A stretch of 64,000 nucleotides of DNA from Octopus vulgaris (Eukaryota), in the NCBI GenBank assembly GCA_951406725.2, contig OX597836.1, positions 7,564,001-7,628,000 of the forward strand. The letters run 5' to 3'. The position numbers and the translations under genes are program-made. The stretch's first letter is position 1; every line of letters begins with the position of its first letter. Shown here one piece after another: positions 1 through 13,754 of this stretch. The notes under the pieces were generated by a model that saw nothing but the letters and a program-made list of their open reading frames with translations, was not told where the DNA came from and did not search any database.

Positions 1-546
1 CAAACACTTCTTAGCATTCGTCTGTGCAATTCTTACCATTCGTCTGTGCAATTCTTAGCATTCAACCAAACACTTCTTAGCATTCATCTGTGCAATTCTT
101 AGCATTCCACCAAACACTTCTTAGCATTCGTCTGTGCAATTCTTAGCATTCCACCAAACACTTCTTAGCATTCGTCTGTGCAGTTCTTAGAATTCCACCA
201 AACACTTCTTAGCATTTGTCTGTGCAATTCTTAGCATTCCACCAAACACTTCTTAGCATTTGTCTGTGCAATTCTTAGCATTCCACCAAACACTTCTTAG
301 CATTCGTCTGTGCAATTCTTAGCCTTCCACCAAACACTTCTTAGCATTCGTCTGTGCAATTCTTAGCATTCCACCAAACACTTCTTAGCATTCATCTGTG
401 CAATTCTTAGCATTCCACCAAACAGTTCTTAGCATTCGTCTGTGCAATTCTTAGCATTCCACCAAACACTTCTTAGCATTCGTCTGTGCAGTTCTTAGCA
501 TTCCACCAAACACTTCTTAGCATTCGTCTGTGCAATTCTTAACATT
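1..546. repeat. 44-bp minisatellite made of two alternating 22-bp subunits
   Basis: The unit ccaccaaacac-ttcttagcatt-cgtctgtgcaa-ttcttagcatt recurs with period 44 (e.g. 151, 195, 239), about 12 copies; the array runs off the window start. Confidence 0.95.
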
Positions 547-1827
547 TTTCTCTTACAAAATATTTACCATTCACAATATCCTTCTGCAAATGTGTCCCTT
601 CTTCCCCCACTCCACACCACCACACCACATAATCCAAAATTCCTATTTAATCCCAAATGATTTTACCAAAACAACTATATCCAACATTACTTCTTTCTTT
701 TATTCTAGAAAATTCTCTTTTCCAAAAAGATTTATATTTTGTTAATAAAATATAAATTATAGACAATAATGAAGTTGAAATATGTAAATATTGACAAAAT
801 AGTCTGGTGGGAGGGGGGGGGTAAAGATAAAAAAAAACACAAAGAGCAAAACCCCAATAATATCTTTGATGTTTGTTGAAGAAATTTCCGCAAAAATATT
901 TCATAAGTCTTTTGTTCTCTGGAGATAACTGATTAAGTTCTATTTCACTTGCTTCCCTACCATCAAAGTTCTTTGATCTGTAATTTTATTATCACAAAAT
1001 ATGTTTGTGAGTTGTAATTTGTTTGTGATTTTGTCCATATTGGTGGGGAGGTGGGGAGTGGGGGGGTGAGGGTGAGGGTCAGTGTGTTTTGTGCTGTTCT
1101 CTTGACTGATGTGAGTGTGTGTGTGTGTGTGTGTGTGCATGAGTATTAAAATATACGTAATATCATTTCTTACACACATACACACACACACATATATATA
1201 TACATGTATACATACCCATGGATATATATCTCATAAATGCATATTCTAAAGATATATATGAGCATACATGTATTTTATATTTGGCTGTCTGTGTGTGTAT
1301 TTCATTAATATTTAGCAAAAGCAACAGACTGACTTATGCAACATATACACATATATGTGTGTGTGTGTGTGTGTGTGTGCGTGTGTATGTATATATATAA
1401 TGTACATATATATGTGTGTGTCGTGGCATTCCGTCGGTTATGACGACGAGGGTTCCAGTTGAGCCGATCAAGGGAACAGTCAGCTCGTGATATTAACGTG
1501 CAAGTGGCTGAGTACTCCACAGATACGTGTACCCTTAACGTAGTTCTCGGAGAGATTCAGCATGACACAAAGTGTGACAAGGCTGGCCCCTATGAAATAC
1601 AGGTACAACAGAAACATGAAGAAAGAGTAAGTGAAAGTTGTGGTGAAAGAGTACAGCCCCACCCCCCAGCTTGTCAGCCCTGGTCAAACTGTCCAACCCA
1701 TGCCAGCATGGACAACAGACATTAAATGATGATGATATTATGACCAGATATCCTTCCTGTTGCCAGTCATGTTAGTTGGCTTTTATGACATAAATGATAT
1801 GATATAGGTAATATATATATATATATG

Positions 1828-1992
1828 TCGTATTTTAAGATGTATAAGGAGCTCCCTATTTTGCAGGGGGCTTAAAATTTGGAAAAAAGGTTTTGTTAGG
1901 GATTATAATACTATCCATGTGTAAGAAACTCCCATATTTTTTAGCCTAATTTTTGACAAAAAAAATGGTTCCTTATACATGTTAGAATATGG
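1828..1992. mobile_element. Small pogo/Tigger-like MITE
   Basis: Imperfect ~21-bp terminal inverted repeats (cgtattttaagatgtataagg / ccttatacatgttagaatatgg) embedded in (TA)n. Confidence 0.5.
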
Positions 1993-2694
1993 TATATATA
2001 TATATATATATATCATAATCCCCAATTTTAGAACAGATATACCATACCCTTCATGTTGTAAATGATGACTAAAAGGAAGGACACCCAACCTTAACATACT
2101 GCCCCATAAAAGATCCTTTCATCCCTTGCCAGGCATAGAACAATGAATGTAAAAGCATTGTAGACGATGATATATATATATATATAATATATAATAGTTA
2201 TTGTCTGTCTGGACTTCCTTCCAGTTGTAAAGTGCAAGCTGTTGTTAGCTTTGTACTGAAATAGTAGATAAATATGCATAAAATATTTCTATGTTGAAAT
2301 AGTGAGATAAATTGTGCAGAGAAACTCCACTCTACGAATAACCTATGTCATTGCCATTTACATTCTTAAATGAAGAATAATTATTACTTTTTAATTAATA
2401 ATTAAAATTATTTGCTCTTTTCTTATTCAGCAAAACACTGTTCCACAGACATCTGCCATTTAACTGTTTAGACATAAATAGGATGGGTGCATCTTGTCTG
2501 CGAATTATAGGATGGGATGGTTAAAAAGTTCAGAAGTGGATGTTTTTTCTCAGAAAAGACGGAATGGCTTCATTGTGAACCAAAACCAGGTCACATGATT
2601 CAATTAGCCAGTCAGAACCTGCTGGGAAATTATCATTTATAAATCCACTTCTATTTTATACATTGGGTAAATTGCAGAGAAATATATCCAGACT

Positions 2695-2729
<35 letters not shown>

Positions 2730-3013
2730 GTATGTAATCAAGGAAAATAGTAGTGAAGAAAGAAGTTATTTGCTCTTTCTCCATTTACCACTGCCTGCCC
2801 CACCACCAGCGCCACCATCTCTGCTTTTTTATTTTTGTGGTGCTTCAAATACAGAAAGAAAAAAGAAGAGAGATGTGTGATGGTTTAGTGTGTGTGTGTG
2901 TGTGTGTGCTTTCATTGAGGAATTGAGATGAATCTCTGAAGTCAACAAGCCAACCTTTTCCTTGCTTAAATAATACAATGTACACACATTTATTCACGTC
3001 TATACATATAAGG

Positions 3014-3124
<111 letters not shown>

Positions 3125-3351
3125 GTATATATATTATATATATTATATATATAATATATACATATACATATATATGAGCATATATATTTATATACATACT
3201 TATATATATGTATGTATGTATGTATAAATATATACATATAAGTACACACAGAAGAACATGCATTAATTAATCACTCTATACAAAATCTGTCAATGCCAAT
3301 TGCACTATTATTAGATAGGGTGTATATATATGCATGATTGTATACAAATAC

Positions 3352-3452
<101 letters not shown>

Positions 3453-4184
3453 AACACACACACACACACACACATACATATGCATGCACACAACACACAC
3501 ACACACACACTCAGCTTGTATAGCTAGCTGTCTCATATAACAAGTATCGCAAACATTTGCTATTTGCTTCGAACAAAGAAACTCGGCGAAAACAATGAAA
3601 CAAGACGAAATCAAATGAATTGAAATGAAATAGTTTCCCAACGACATTCGGTCGGTCGGTGGTGGACTTTGCTTCATGAAATTTCTCTCTCTATTGGATT
3701 TCAACCGTTGATACACAAACCTCCGTTCCTGTCTCTATCGATGCTATTTCAAGAAGGAAGACAGTGACACATTACTGCTGACCACTAACTCACTGACCAA
3801 CAACTGGTATCTGTTTTCCGCAGTTGCCACATGGGAATCTTTCCCATTCTTTTTGTTTTGTTTTCTTTTGTTTGTTCTATTATGTATTTGTTGATGAATT
3901 CATTTATTTAACGAGTTAGTTAATTATTAATATGCTTTTATTGTATGTTTTCGGGGTTATCTATTCGATGTCTTTTTTTTTGGTTTTATCTACTTTTTTT
4001 ATTATTTTTGTTTGTTTGTTTGGGTTTTTTTTTTCTAGCCTTTCCAGAAAAATTCAATAACTTCATCATCATCATCATCAGTACCACCACCATCATCATT
4101 ATCTTCATCATCATTATTCTTATCATCATCACCATCATCTTCATCATCGCTTTCTTCATCATCTTCATCACCATCACCATCACC

Positions 4185-4240
<56 letters not shown>

Positions 4241-4531
4241 CATCACCATCATCATCATCATGACCAGCATCAGCATCATCATTATTCTGTTATTCTTTTA
4301 CTTGTTTCAGTCATTTTTTTACTCCAGCCATGCTGGAGCACTGCCTTAAAGGGTATTTTTTAAAGAAATTAAGCCCAGGACTTATTCTTTGTAAGCTTAG
4401 TTCTTATCCTATTGGTCTGTTTTGCTGAACTGCTAAGTTATGGAGATGTAAACACACCAACATTGGTTGTCAGGTGATGATGGGGCGACAAACTCAGACA
4501 CAGACACACACATAAACACATATACATATAT

Positions 4532-4562
<31 letters not shown>

Positions 4563-5702
4563 ATTAAAAATGAGGGTGTCTAAGAGACACCAACATTTGT
4601 GAGTGTATATGTTTTTGTGTCTGTGTTTGTACCCCGAACATCACTTGACAACTGATGCTGATGTGTTTACATCCCTGTAACTTAGCGATTCAGCAAAAGG
4701 GACTGATAGAATAAGTACTAGGCTTACAAAGAATGAGTCCTGGGGTCGATTTGCTCAACTAAAGGTGGTGCTCCAGTATGGCCAGAGTTAAATGTCTGAA
4801 ACAAGTAAAAGAATAAAAGAATATATATATATATATACATATATATACATTTATGAGCTTCTTTCAGTTTCCATCTGCCAAATCCACTCCTGGGGCTATA
4901 ATAGAAGACACTCACCCAAGGTGCCATGCAGTGGGACTGAAGCCAAAACCATGTTGTTGAGAACGCAAAGCCTCTTACCGTAGTCACACTTGTTTCTATG
5001 TGTTATTTGGTTGCTATTTCTAGCAAATTATGTGACCATGTTGATGCCGTTTTATCCAATTTTCCAAAGAGGTATATGGTTGGCAGGAGTTTAAACAAAA
5101 TCTATAATCTTAATCTGATCATAGAATTTCTGGTTTAAACAAGCAAAAACCTTTTCTTCCCATTATTAAAAGATCTGAAGATCTAAAGACTGCCATTTCT
5201 TTGAAGTTTTCTGCTAGATATTTCTGGTGCAGTTACATATTTACTCGATTTTACAATTTTTTCTTCGAATAATCGTTGCTTAAAGAATGTCTTTGATGCT
5301 TGCCATTTCACAGGGTTAATACTATAACAGGTTTACAGAAAGTAATGTGAGGCTGGCAGATATTTTAGTCATTGGACTGTGGCTATGCTTGGACACTGCA
5401 CGGGTTCTAGGGTGCAATTGATTGCATCCACCCCATTAGCTCTTCTGTCAACTTCAGAAGGTCGAAAGTTAAAAATCCTGGGTGAACCTGAACATGATCA
5501 TCATCATCATCATCATCATCATCATTTATATATTCCATATACAATAGAGTGGCTGTGTGGTACGTAGCTTGCTTACCAACCACATGATTCTGGGTTCAGT
5601 CCCACTGCATGGCACCTTGGGCAAGTGTTTTCTTCTATTGCCTCAGGCCAAACCAAAGCCTTGTGAGTGGATTTGTTAGACGGAAACTGAAAGAAGCCTG
5701 TC

Positions 5703-5773
<71 letters not shown>

Positions 5774-5777
5774 TGTA

Positions 5778-5841
<64 letters not shown>

Positions 5842-5851
5842 TGTATGTGTG

Positions 5852-5884
<33 letters not shown>

Positions 5885-5933
5885 GGAAAAAAAAAGTCAA
5901 GATAGAAAATGCTAAAATAATTTTATAAAAAAC

Positions 5934-5977
5934 ATTTCAGTACCGGTTTCAGTCATTGAGACTTTTTCAACTGTAAC
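5934..5977 (-). ncRNA. Minimal type I hammerhead ribozyme motif, U3/A8 core variant (Penelope-like terminus)
   Basis: The minus strand reads cag-TTGAAAA-agtc-tcaat-gact-GAAA-ccgg-TA-ctg: helix I cag/ctg, helix II agtc/gact, palindromic helix III ACCGGT, GUA cleavage triplet. Confidence 0.6.
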
Positions 5978-6894
5978 TATAGAAAACAATTAAATTTTGG
6001 AAAAATTAAAAGAAAAGTTTTTTTTTAAAAGAATTTTTGCATAGTATTCAAATACCAGTGGCATTTTCCTTGTTTCTGCCTGTCTCTGTCTCTCTTGTTT
6101 ACTCTTGTGGGTTCTTCCCATATCCAAATGTACTTGAACATATAAATATGAATTCACCCATGTATATTTTATTCATTGTTGCTTCTTATTACTTTATTTC
6201 TTTAATTCAAGCTTTACACATCTCAGCAAATGTACCTTTCACCATTCTAGCATAAGAACAAATTGTTCTTATTGGTCTCTGAAGGGCAAATTTGGTGTCT
6301 ATAGCTAATGATATGAAAGAATGCAGAAACACATGCATCCTACAATCCAGTGACAATCCACAGACCAATGTATTTTATTTTCACATGCCTAGAAAGAGAA
6401 TTTTTTCTTCTGAGGTTATTTCTACAGTGATAGGTCTGCTCATGTTCAAGTCTACTCAAGCATTTTTAAAATGACTTTACAACAGCTACTATGCTATACA
6501 TTAGATTATCTCACTCAAGCCAGACATTACAATTTTTAATAAAGAAGTCTACATTGGACAATGTAGACTTAAATATCCTTTCCCCTTTAAGCACAAGGCC
6601 TGGAATTTGGGGGGAGAGGGCTAGTCAATAATATTTATCTCAATACATGACTGGTACTCACTTTATGAACCCCAGAAGGATGAAATGCAAACTCAGAATT
6701 TGAACTCAGAACATCCAGACGGACGAAATAATGTAGATTTAAATATATACAAAAAAGGTGGGTTGGTCATGGAAGGAATGCCTTTGACCATGCATTTGCT
6801 TGATCGTGCTTGACCTGAGAGTGGTAGTTAATAACAAAAATAATAAAACATGATATTTCCTGGCTTGGTTTTAATCCATTTCAGCCTTGTTGTT

Positions 6895-6988
<94 letters not shown>

Positions 6989-7363
6989 CTGTTAGTGGTG
7001 GTGGTGGTGGTGTGGTGGTGGTGGTGTGGTGGTGGTGGTGTGGTGGTGGTGGTGGTGGTGTCTCGATGTAGAATAACACAATACATTTGCTCTCCCTCAC
7101 ATTCTGAACAAATACAATTAATTATTCACCTTGCTTTAATCCAATCATGACACAAAACTAAAAACTATTCATGCAAGACCTACACATCGTTTGATGAATT
7201 GCTGAGTCTCAAATTTTGCAATCATCGTCTGAATGGCGTTGAAGATATTGATGTATTCTCACAAATTAGAGTGATTGTTCTTTGCTTAAGGTTTAACATT
7301 TCAGAAATCATAACACTGATAGTGTTGTGCGTATATATACATATATATATACAAATATATACA

Positions 7364-7453
<90 letters not shown>

Positions 7454-7618
7454 TATACATATATATCATCATCATCATCGTTTAGCGTCCGTTTTCCATG
7501 CTAGCATGGGTTGGACGGGTCAACTGGGGTCTGTGAAGCTGGAAGGCTTCGTCAGGCCCAGTCAGATCTGGCAGTGTTTCTACGGCTGGATGCCCTTCCT
7601 AACGCCAACTATATATAT

Positions 7619-7664
<46 letters not shown>

Positions 7665-7899
7665 CACACACATACATATATAAAGGCGGCGTGCTGGCAG
7701 AATCATTTGCGCCCTGGGCAAAATGGTTAGTGGTATTTTGTCTGTCGCTACATTCTGAGTTCAAATTCCTCCAAGGTCAACTTTACCTTTCATCCTTTCA
7801 GGGTTGATTAAATAAGTACCAGTTTCACACTGGGGTCAGTATAATCGACTTGTTCCCTTCCCCCAAATTTTGAGGCCTTGCACTTCCAGTAGAAAGGGT

Positions 7900-7949
<50 letters not shown>

Positions 7950-8755
7950 GAATTAGGTACTTAAGTTGAAGCACCAATTCAGTCCAGTATTATCTGCACT
8001 GCTCGAAGTAAGGTGAATAAAATCCAAATAAGCAACAGGATGTCAATAAGTGATGCAGTTCATCCGTTTCAAGCGACTCCATTTTATTGAACAATGCATT
8101 CATTACATCCGTTTAAATGCAGTGCCAGCTTCAGCTGCCGAAATAAATAAATGGAATTTTGGCCAGTCGGACACATTAATGTAATTCATCTCAAGAAGAT
8201 GGTAGAAATTCATGTTGTCGCTGTTGTGGCTAAGAATAGACAACACTTCCAAGAATCGCATGAAGCCTATTGGGGTCATCGTGTTGCAAAGGATTGTAAT
8301 TCATTTCTAATTCATTCATCTTTTTATCAACTACTAAATCTGTGTGTGTGTGTGTGTGTGTGTGTTTGTTTGTGTGTGTGTGTGTGTGCGTGTATGTATT
8401 CACACACACACACACTATAACTGAAAGTCTCCAAAACAGTTAGATAGATACAGATATATATACATATACATACATCATCATCATCGTTTAACGTCTGTTG
8501 TCCATACTAGCATGGGTTGGACAGTTCGACCGGGGATCTGGGAAGCCAGAAGGCTGCACCAGGCTCCAGTCTTATCTGGCAATGTTTCTACAGCTGGATG
8601 CCCTTTCTAACGTCAACCACTCCATGAGTGTAGTGGGTGCTTTTTACGTGTCACCTGCACAGGTTCCAGGCGAGGCTGGCAATGGCCACGATCGGATTGG
8701 TGCATTTTACGTGCCACCGGCACGGAAGCCAGTATATATATACATATATATATAC

Positions 8756-8807
<52 letters not shown>

Positions 8808-9842
8808 TTATTTATATTTATATATATCATCATCATCATCGTTTAACATCCGCTTTCCATGCTAGTATGGGTTGAACGATTTTGACTGAGGGCTGGCGAG
8901 CCAGATGGCTGCACCAGGCTCCAATCTTGATCTGGCAGAGTTTCTACAGCTGGATGCCCTTCCTAACACTAACCACTCCGAGAGTGCAGTGGGTGCTCTT
9001 TATGTGCCATATATTACATATATATATATACAGCAAATAAGAAAACAGAGAGGATATAAAATCAGCAGACATCAGCCGGTAAACATTCTAGTATGTCTAT
9101 TTATTCAAATGTATTGGATGAATACACACACATGAATGAATGGTACAGATTAGTGAGTGGAAAAAAACTGGTAACTGCATAAACAAGGCTGTGAATACAT
9201 GTAAGCATATAGAAGCAAATGAACAGTTGAGCAAATGAGCAAATTGGCAAAAAACTAAATGGGTGTGCAGGTGCTTGTTCCTTACAGCTGTTTCTGCCAA
9301 GAGGCAACAAAATCTTCCAGATTATCTTCATCTTTTCAGTGTAAATGCAGGGATGAGCAGACAAATTTTCCTTGTCCTTTAGCCCCAAAATTAGCCCGAA
9401 TCAAGCAATCTTATGATCAAGATCTTCCAGATGTGACCATCCAATTTTACTGTCTTTTTTTTCTTTTTTTATTAGACACAAATACACAAGTGTATCTAGG
9501 CATTTTTAAAAAGGTTTTTCAAAGATTCATGTAGATCTGGCTGCTATTTCCAGTAAATTGAATAACCACATAACGGCCACCTTGTTGACTTGCATCACTT
9601 TTTGTATGAACTTTTTTGTATTTTGCTTTTTCCTTGTGTTTGGTGAAATTCTCAAAACAATACATTTCTATTTATTTCAGAAAAACCGTGTTGTATTCTG
9701 TATTTGTGAAAATACACAACAGATACTTCAAAGTGAATCTTACTATCGCAACCCAAGACATCCACATTTGTGCTCATATATGGACATTTTTGCATGAGGA
9801 CCAACTAAAACTTCAAATCTAAAAGGTAAGCATATATGTATA

Positions 9843-10254
9843 CTCTTTTACTCTTCTACTTGTTTCAGTCATTTGACTGTGGCCATGCTGGAGCACCGCC
9901 TTTAGTCGAGTAAATCAACCCCAGGACTTATTCTTTGTAAGCCTAGTACTTATTCTATCTGTCTCTTTTGCCGAACTACTAAGTTACGGGGACGTAAACA
10001 CACCAGCATTGGTTGTCAAGCGATGCTGGGGGGACAAACACAGACACACAAACATATACACACACATACACATATATATACATACATATATACGACGGGC
10101 TTCTTTCAGTTTCCATCTACCAAATCCACCCACAAGGCTTTGGTTGGCCCGAGGCTATAGTAGAAGACACTTGCCCAAGGTGCCATGCAGTGGGAATGAA
10201 CCCAGAACCATGTGGTTGGCATGCAAGCTACTTACCACACAGCCACTCCTATGC
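9843..10254 (-). mobile_element. tRNA-derived SINE, family A (near full length)
   Basis: Reverse complement of the element at 33581-33960, with A/B-box-like head and shared tail (ccagcatggccacagtcaaatgactgaaacaagta). Confidence 0.85.
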
Positions 10255-10302
10255 ATATAAGTATATGTATTATATTTTATTTTATAATATATGTATTAAT
10301 AT

Positions 10303-10569
10303 TTTATAAGCTTAAAGTTCATAAGCAATCACCAGGCAATGAGTAAAGAAAATAGTCTAAAATAGGGGCATATAAGCCCTCACGGAAAGAAAGTAGGGTT
10401 TTCGTATGCATTGGACACCAACCCACAGCTCTTTGTTTTCAAGACAAGTGTGTTACCATTACGCATATAAGAACCCTATTTTTTCTGTCGAGGGCTTATA
10501 TGCCCCAATATTACACTATTTTCTTTAGTCATTGCATGGTGATCGCTTATAAGCTTTAAGCTTATGAAA
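10303..10569. mobile_element. Foldback/MITE-like inverted repeat with tRNA-like spacer
   Basis: ~107-bp imperfect arms (10303-10409 and 10463-10569) around a ~53-bp spacer. Confidence 0.7.
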
Positions 10570-10877
10570 TACTCTTTTCTACTCTTGGCACAAGGCCCGA
10601 AATTTTGGGGGAGTTGGTGGGGGCCAGTTGATTAGATCGATGTTGGTGTGTTTACATCCCTATAACTTAGCAGTTTGGCAAAAGAGACCAATAGAATATG
10701 TACTAGGCTTACAAAGAATAAGTGCTGAGGTTGATTTGTTAGACTAAAAAGGTAGTGCTCCAGCATGGCCGCAGTCAAATAACTGAAACAAATTAAAGAA
10801 TGAAAGAATATACACACACACACACACAAACATGTTATGCATGTGTTTATCCATGCCTTGATGCATAAAAATTAGTA

Positions 10878-11175
10878 GTGGAGAATTTTATCTCCTTGAG
10901 AAGTGTGATGTCCACTAAACTGGCTCTGGACATCAATATCTCCTCCAGAATTGGCAAAGCAACTGTTGCTTCTGGCAGACTGACAAATCTGCTACGAAAT
11001 GATCCAGATATTTCATTGTTGACAAAAACCCAAACATATAAAGCAATGGATACTAACTCAACTGCCCTTGTTTATGGGTCACCATCATGGACCCTGTGTT
11101 ACAAACAGACAAACCCCTTAAACAGCTTCTATCTTCACTGGCTTTGCAAAATCTCTAAGATCAAGTGGAAGGACC
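10878..11175 (+). mobile_element. Degenerate RTE-clade LINE fragment (region C-terminal to RT)
   Basis: Translation has SRIGKATVASGRL, TKTQTYKA, LVYGSPSW and KIKWKD, matching the RTE/BovB-type RI.KA..F..L, K...Y, LYG.E.W and I.W.D motifs. Confidence 0.75.
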
Positions 11176-11881
11176 TTTTATCTTTGTATTTGCTTCAGTC
11201 ATTGGACCGCGGCCATGCTGGGGCATTGAGCTGAAGGGTTTAGCCAAAGAAATTGACTCCCAGTATTTATCATTTACATCTGGTGCTTATTTTTTTCATC
11301 AAATGATTTAGTTACAAGGACTCGTCTGGCACCTGTGCCAGTGGCACATAAAAAGCACCCACTACACTCACGGAGTGGTTGGCATTAGGAAGGGCATCCG
11401 GCTGTAGAAACACTGCCAGATCAGACTGGGCCTGGTACAGCCTTCTGGCTTCCCAGACCCCAGTTGAACCATCCAACCCATGCTGGCATGGAAAGCGGAC
11501 GTTAAACGAAGATGATGATGATGACACAAATATATGAATACTGGAGGGCCAGATATGCACACACACACACACATCTGTATCTATATTTGTATATTTTTAT
11601 ATATGTGTGTGTGATTGTGTATATGATTGTGTCTTGTTGTTTTGACGTCGTAAATGAGTGTCACTGTCGTACAAGCAGTGTTGTTTATCTCCAGCATTCT
11701 ATGGAACTAATAAGCTCTGGCTAATGCAAGCATGTATGAATGGACATTAAAATGACAATGATGATGATGATGATGATGATGTGTGTGAGTGTGTGTGTGT
11801 GTGTGTGTGTACATATATATGTATTTATGTATATATATAAGCATGTCGATATGTATGTGTGTATGTATGCTTATATGTATA

Positions 11882-12338
11882 GGTGCAAGCATGGTTGTGT
11901 GGTAAGAAGCTTGCTTACAAACCATATGGTTTGGGGTTCAGTCCCACTGTGTTACACCTTTGGCAAGTGTCTTCTATTCCAGCCTTGGGCCAAACAAAGC
12001 CTTGAGAGTGGATTTGGTAGACAGAAACTGAAATAAGCCTCCATGTGTGTGTGTATACATATATATATATATATATACATATATACATACACACACACAC
12101 ACACAAACACATGTGTGTGTGTCTTTGTGTCTGTGTTTTTTCCCCCACTACAGCTTGACAACCGGCGTTGGTGTGTTTATGTCCCTGTAACTTAGAAGTT
12201 CAGCAAAAGAGACCAATGGAATAAGTACAACACTTAAAAAAAAATTACGTCCTGGGGTCGATTTGTTCAACTAAAATCCCTTTGAGGTGGTGCTCCAGCA
12301 TGGCCGCAATCAAAAGCCTGAAACAAGTAAAAGATAAA
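11882..12338 (+). mobile_element. tRNA-derived SINE, family A
   Basis: Same head, body and tail as 33581-33960. Confidence 0.8.
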
Positions 12339-12899
12339 ATATATATATACACACACACATACATGCATGCATACACACACGCATATATATACACATATGT
12401 ATCATAAAAAATTCACTTATGTAATACAGTGAGTTGAAAAACTACAATTTATTGCTGTGATTATTGATGCAGTCAAACAACAAAAAACTCCCTTTAGCAC
12501 TGCTTACAATCTTAAAATTGATTAGCAAGGGAGATAATTCCAATGAAATCAAAGAATTGAAACTTTTTAGAAACCTAAAAGATACCACTGATGGAAGGAA
12601 GTGAAGTTTGTTTTTCATCAGTTGTTTTTAAAGTAGAGCTGCTGGGTTTTAGTTGTGTCTGGGCCCAAGGTTGATGTAAGAAGTACCAATCGAACTACTT
12701 ACCTCCTCCCACTTATCACTCTCCCTCTCCCCCTCCCACTGCTGCTACTATTTATCTCATCGAAATCTCCCTCCACCTAACTTTCTACATATCTCTCTCC
12801 TTTTCTCTCTGTATTTTCAACTACCTCACTCTATCTAATCCGCATCTCTATTTATTTGCCTCACTCTCTATATCTCCCTCTGCCATACTCTCTACCTCC

Positions 12900-13073
12900 C
12901 TACCTATCTATCTATATATTTATCTGTCTGTCTCCCTCTCTCTCTCTATCTCTACCTATCTATCAATCTGTCTGTATCTCTATCTAACCGTCTCTCTCTC
13001 TCTCTCTTTCTCTCTCCATATATCTATCTGTCTGTCTGTATGTCTATTTATCTATCTATCTATCTATCTATTG

Positions 13074-13110
<37 letters not shown>

Positions 13111-13180
13111 TCTACCTACCTACCTATCTATCTATCTATCTACCTACCTACCTATCTATCTATCTATCTATCTATCTATT

Positions 13181-13214
<34 letters not shown>

Positions 13215-13247
13215 CCTACCTATCTATCTATCTATCTACCTACCTAC

Positions 13248-13327
<80 letters not shown>

Positions 13328-13420
13328 TTGTCTATCTGCTTGCCTTTTTGTCTATCTACCTATCTATCTACCTACCTACATACCTATGTATAAAAATATA
13401 TATATATATATATATATGAA
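12900..13420. repeat. (TATC)n/(TACC)n/(TGTC)n compound microsatellite
   Basis: Seen directly in the sequence. Confidence 0.95.
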
Positions 13421-13754
13421 TGACCTCCCTCACCCCTTCGCCCCATCCTTTCTCCCTCCACCTACTTCCCCTGCTCTCAGTCTTCTTCTTCCTCTTCCTT
13501 TCTCTCTCCCAGAAATGTTTTATTGTTTGCACATGTTTGTATGTCCAATACACCTCATTTAAATAAATTAGTATATATTTTAATTATTTATATAGTCCAT
13601 CCAGTGTCTCTTTTAACAATACAATATCTGCTTCGTTAGCATCATCGACTCTCCACCATCCCTTGACCAGCTGTGTCCTAAATTATTAGCTGACCGTTGT
13701 TGCACTGTCCTACAAAGTGAATTGGTAAATAGCAATGCAGGGCATTGTTAGTAT

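Noticed and set aside
1-546. CRISPR-like repeat/spacer pattern
   Set aside because: The spacers are only two alternating 11-mers rather than unique sequences; the DNA is eukaryotic and there are no cas genes.
6828-7150. Poly-Ala/Leu/Ser ORFs
   Set aside because: A (GCT)n/(GGT)n microsatellite that is open in several frames on both strands.
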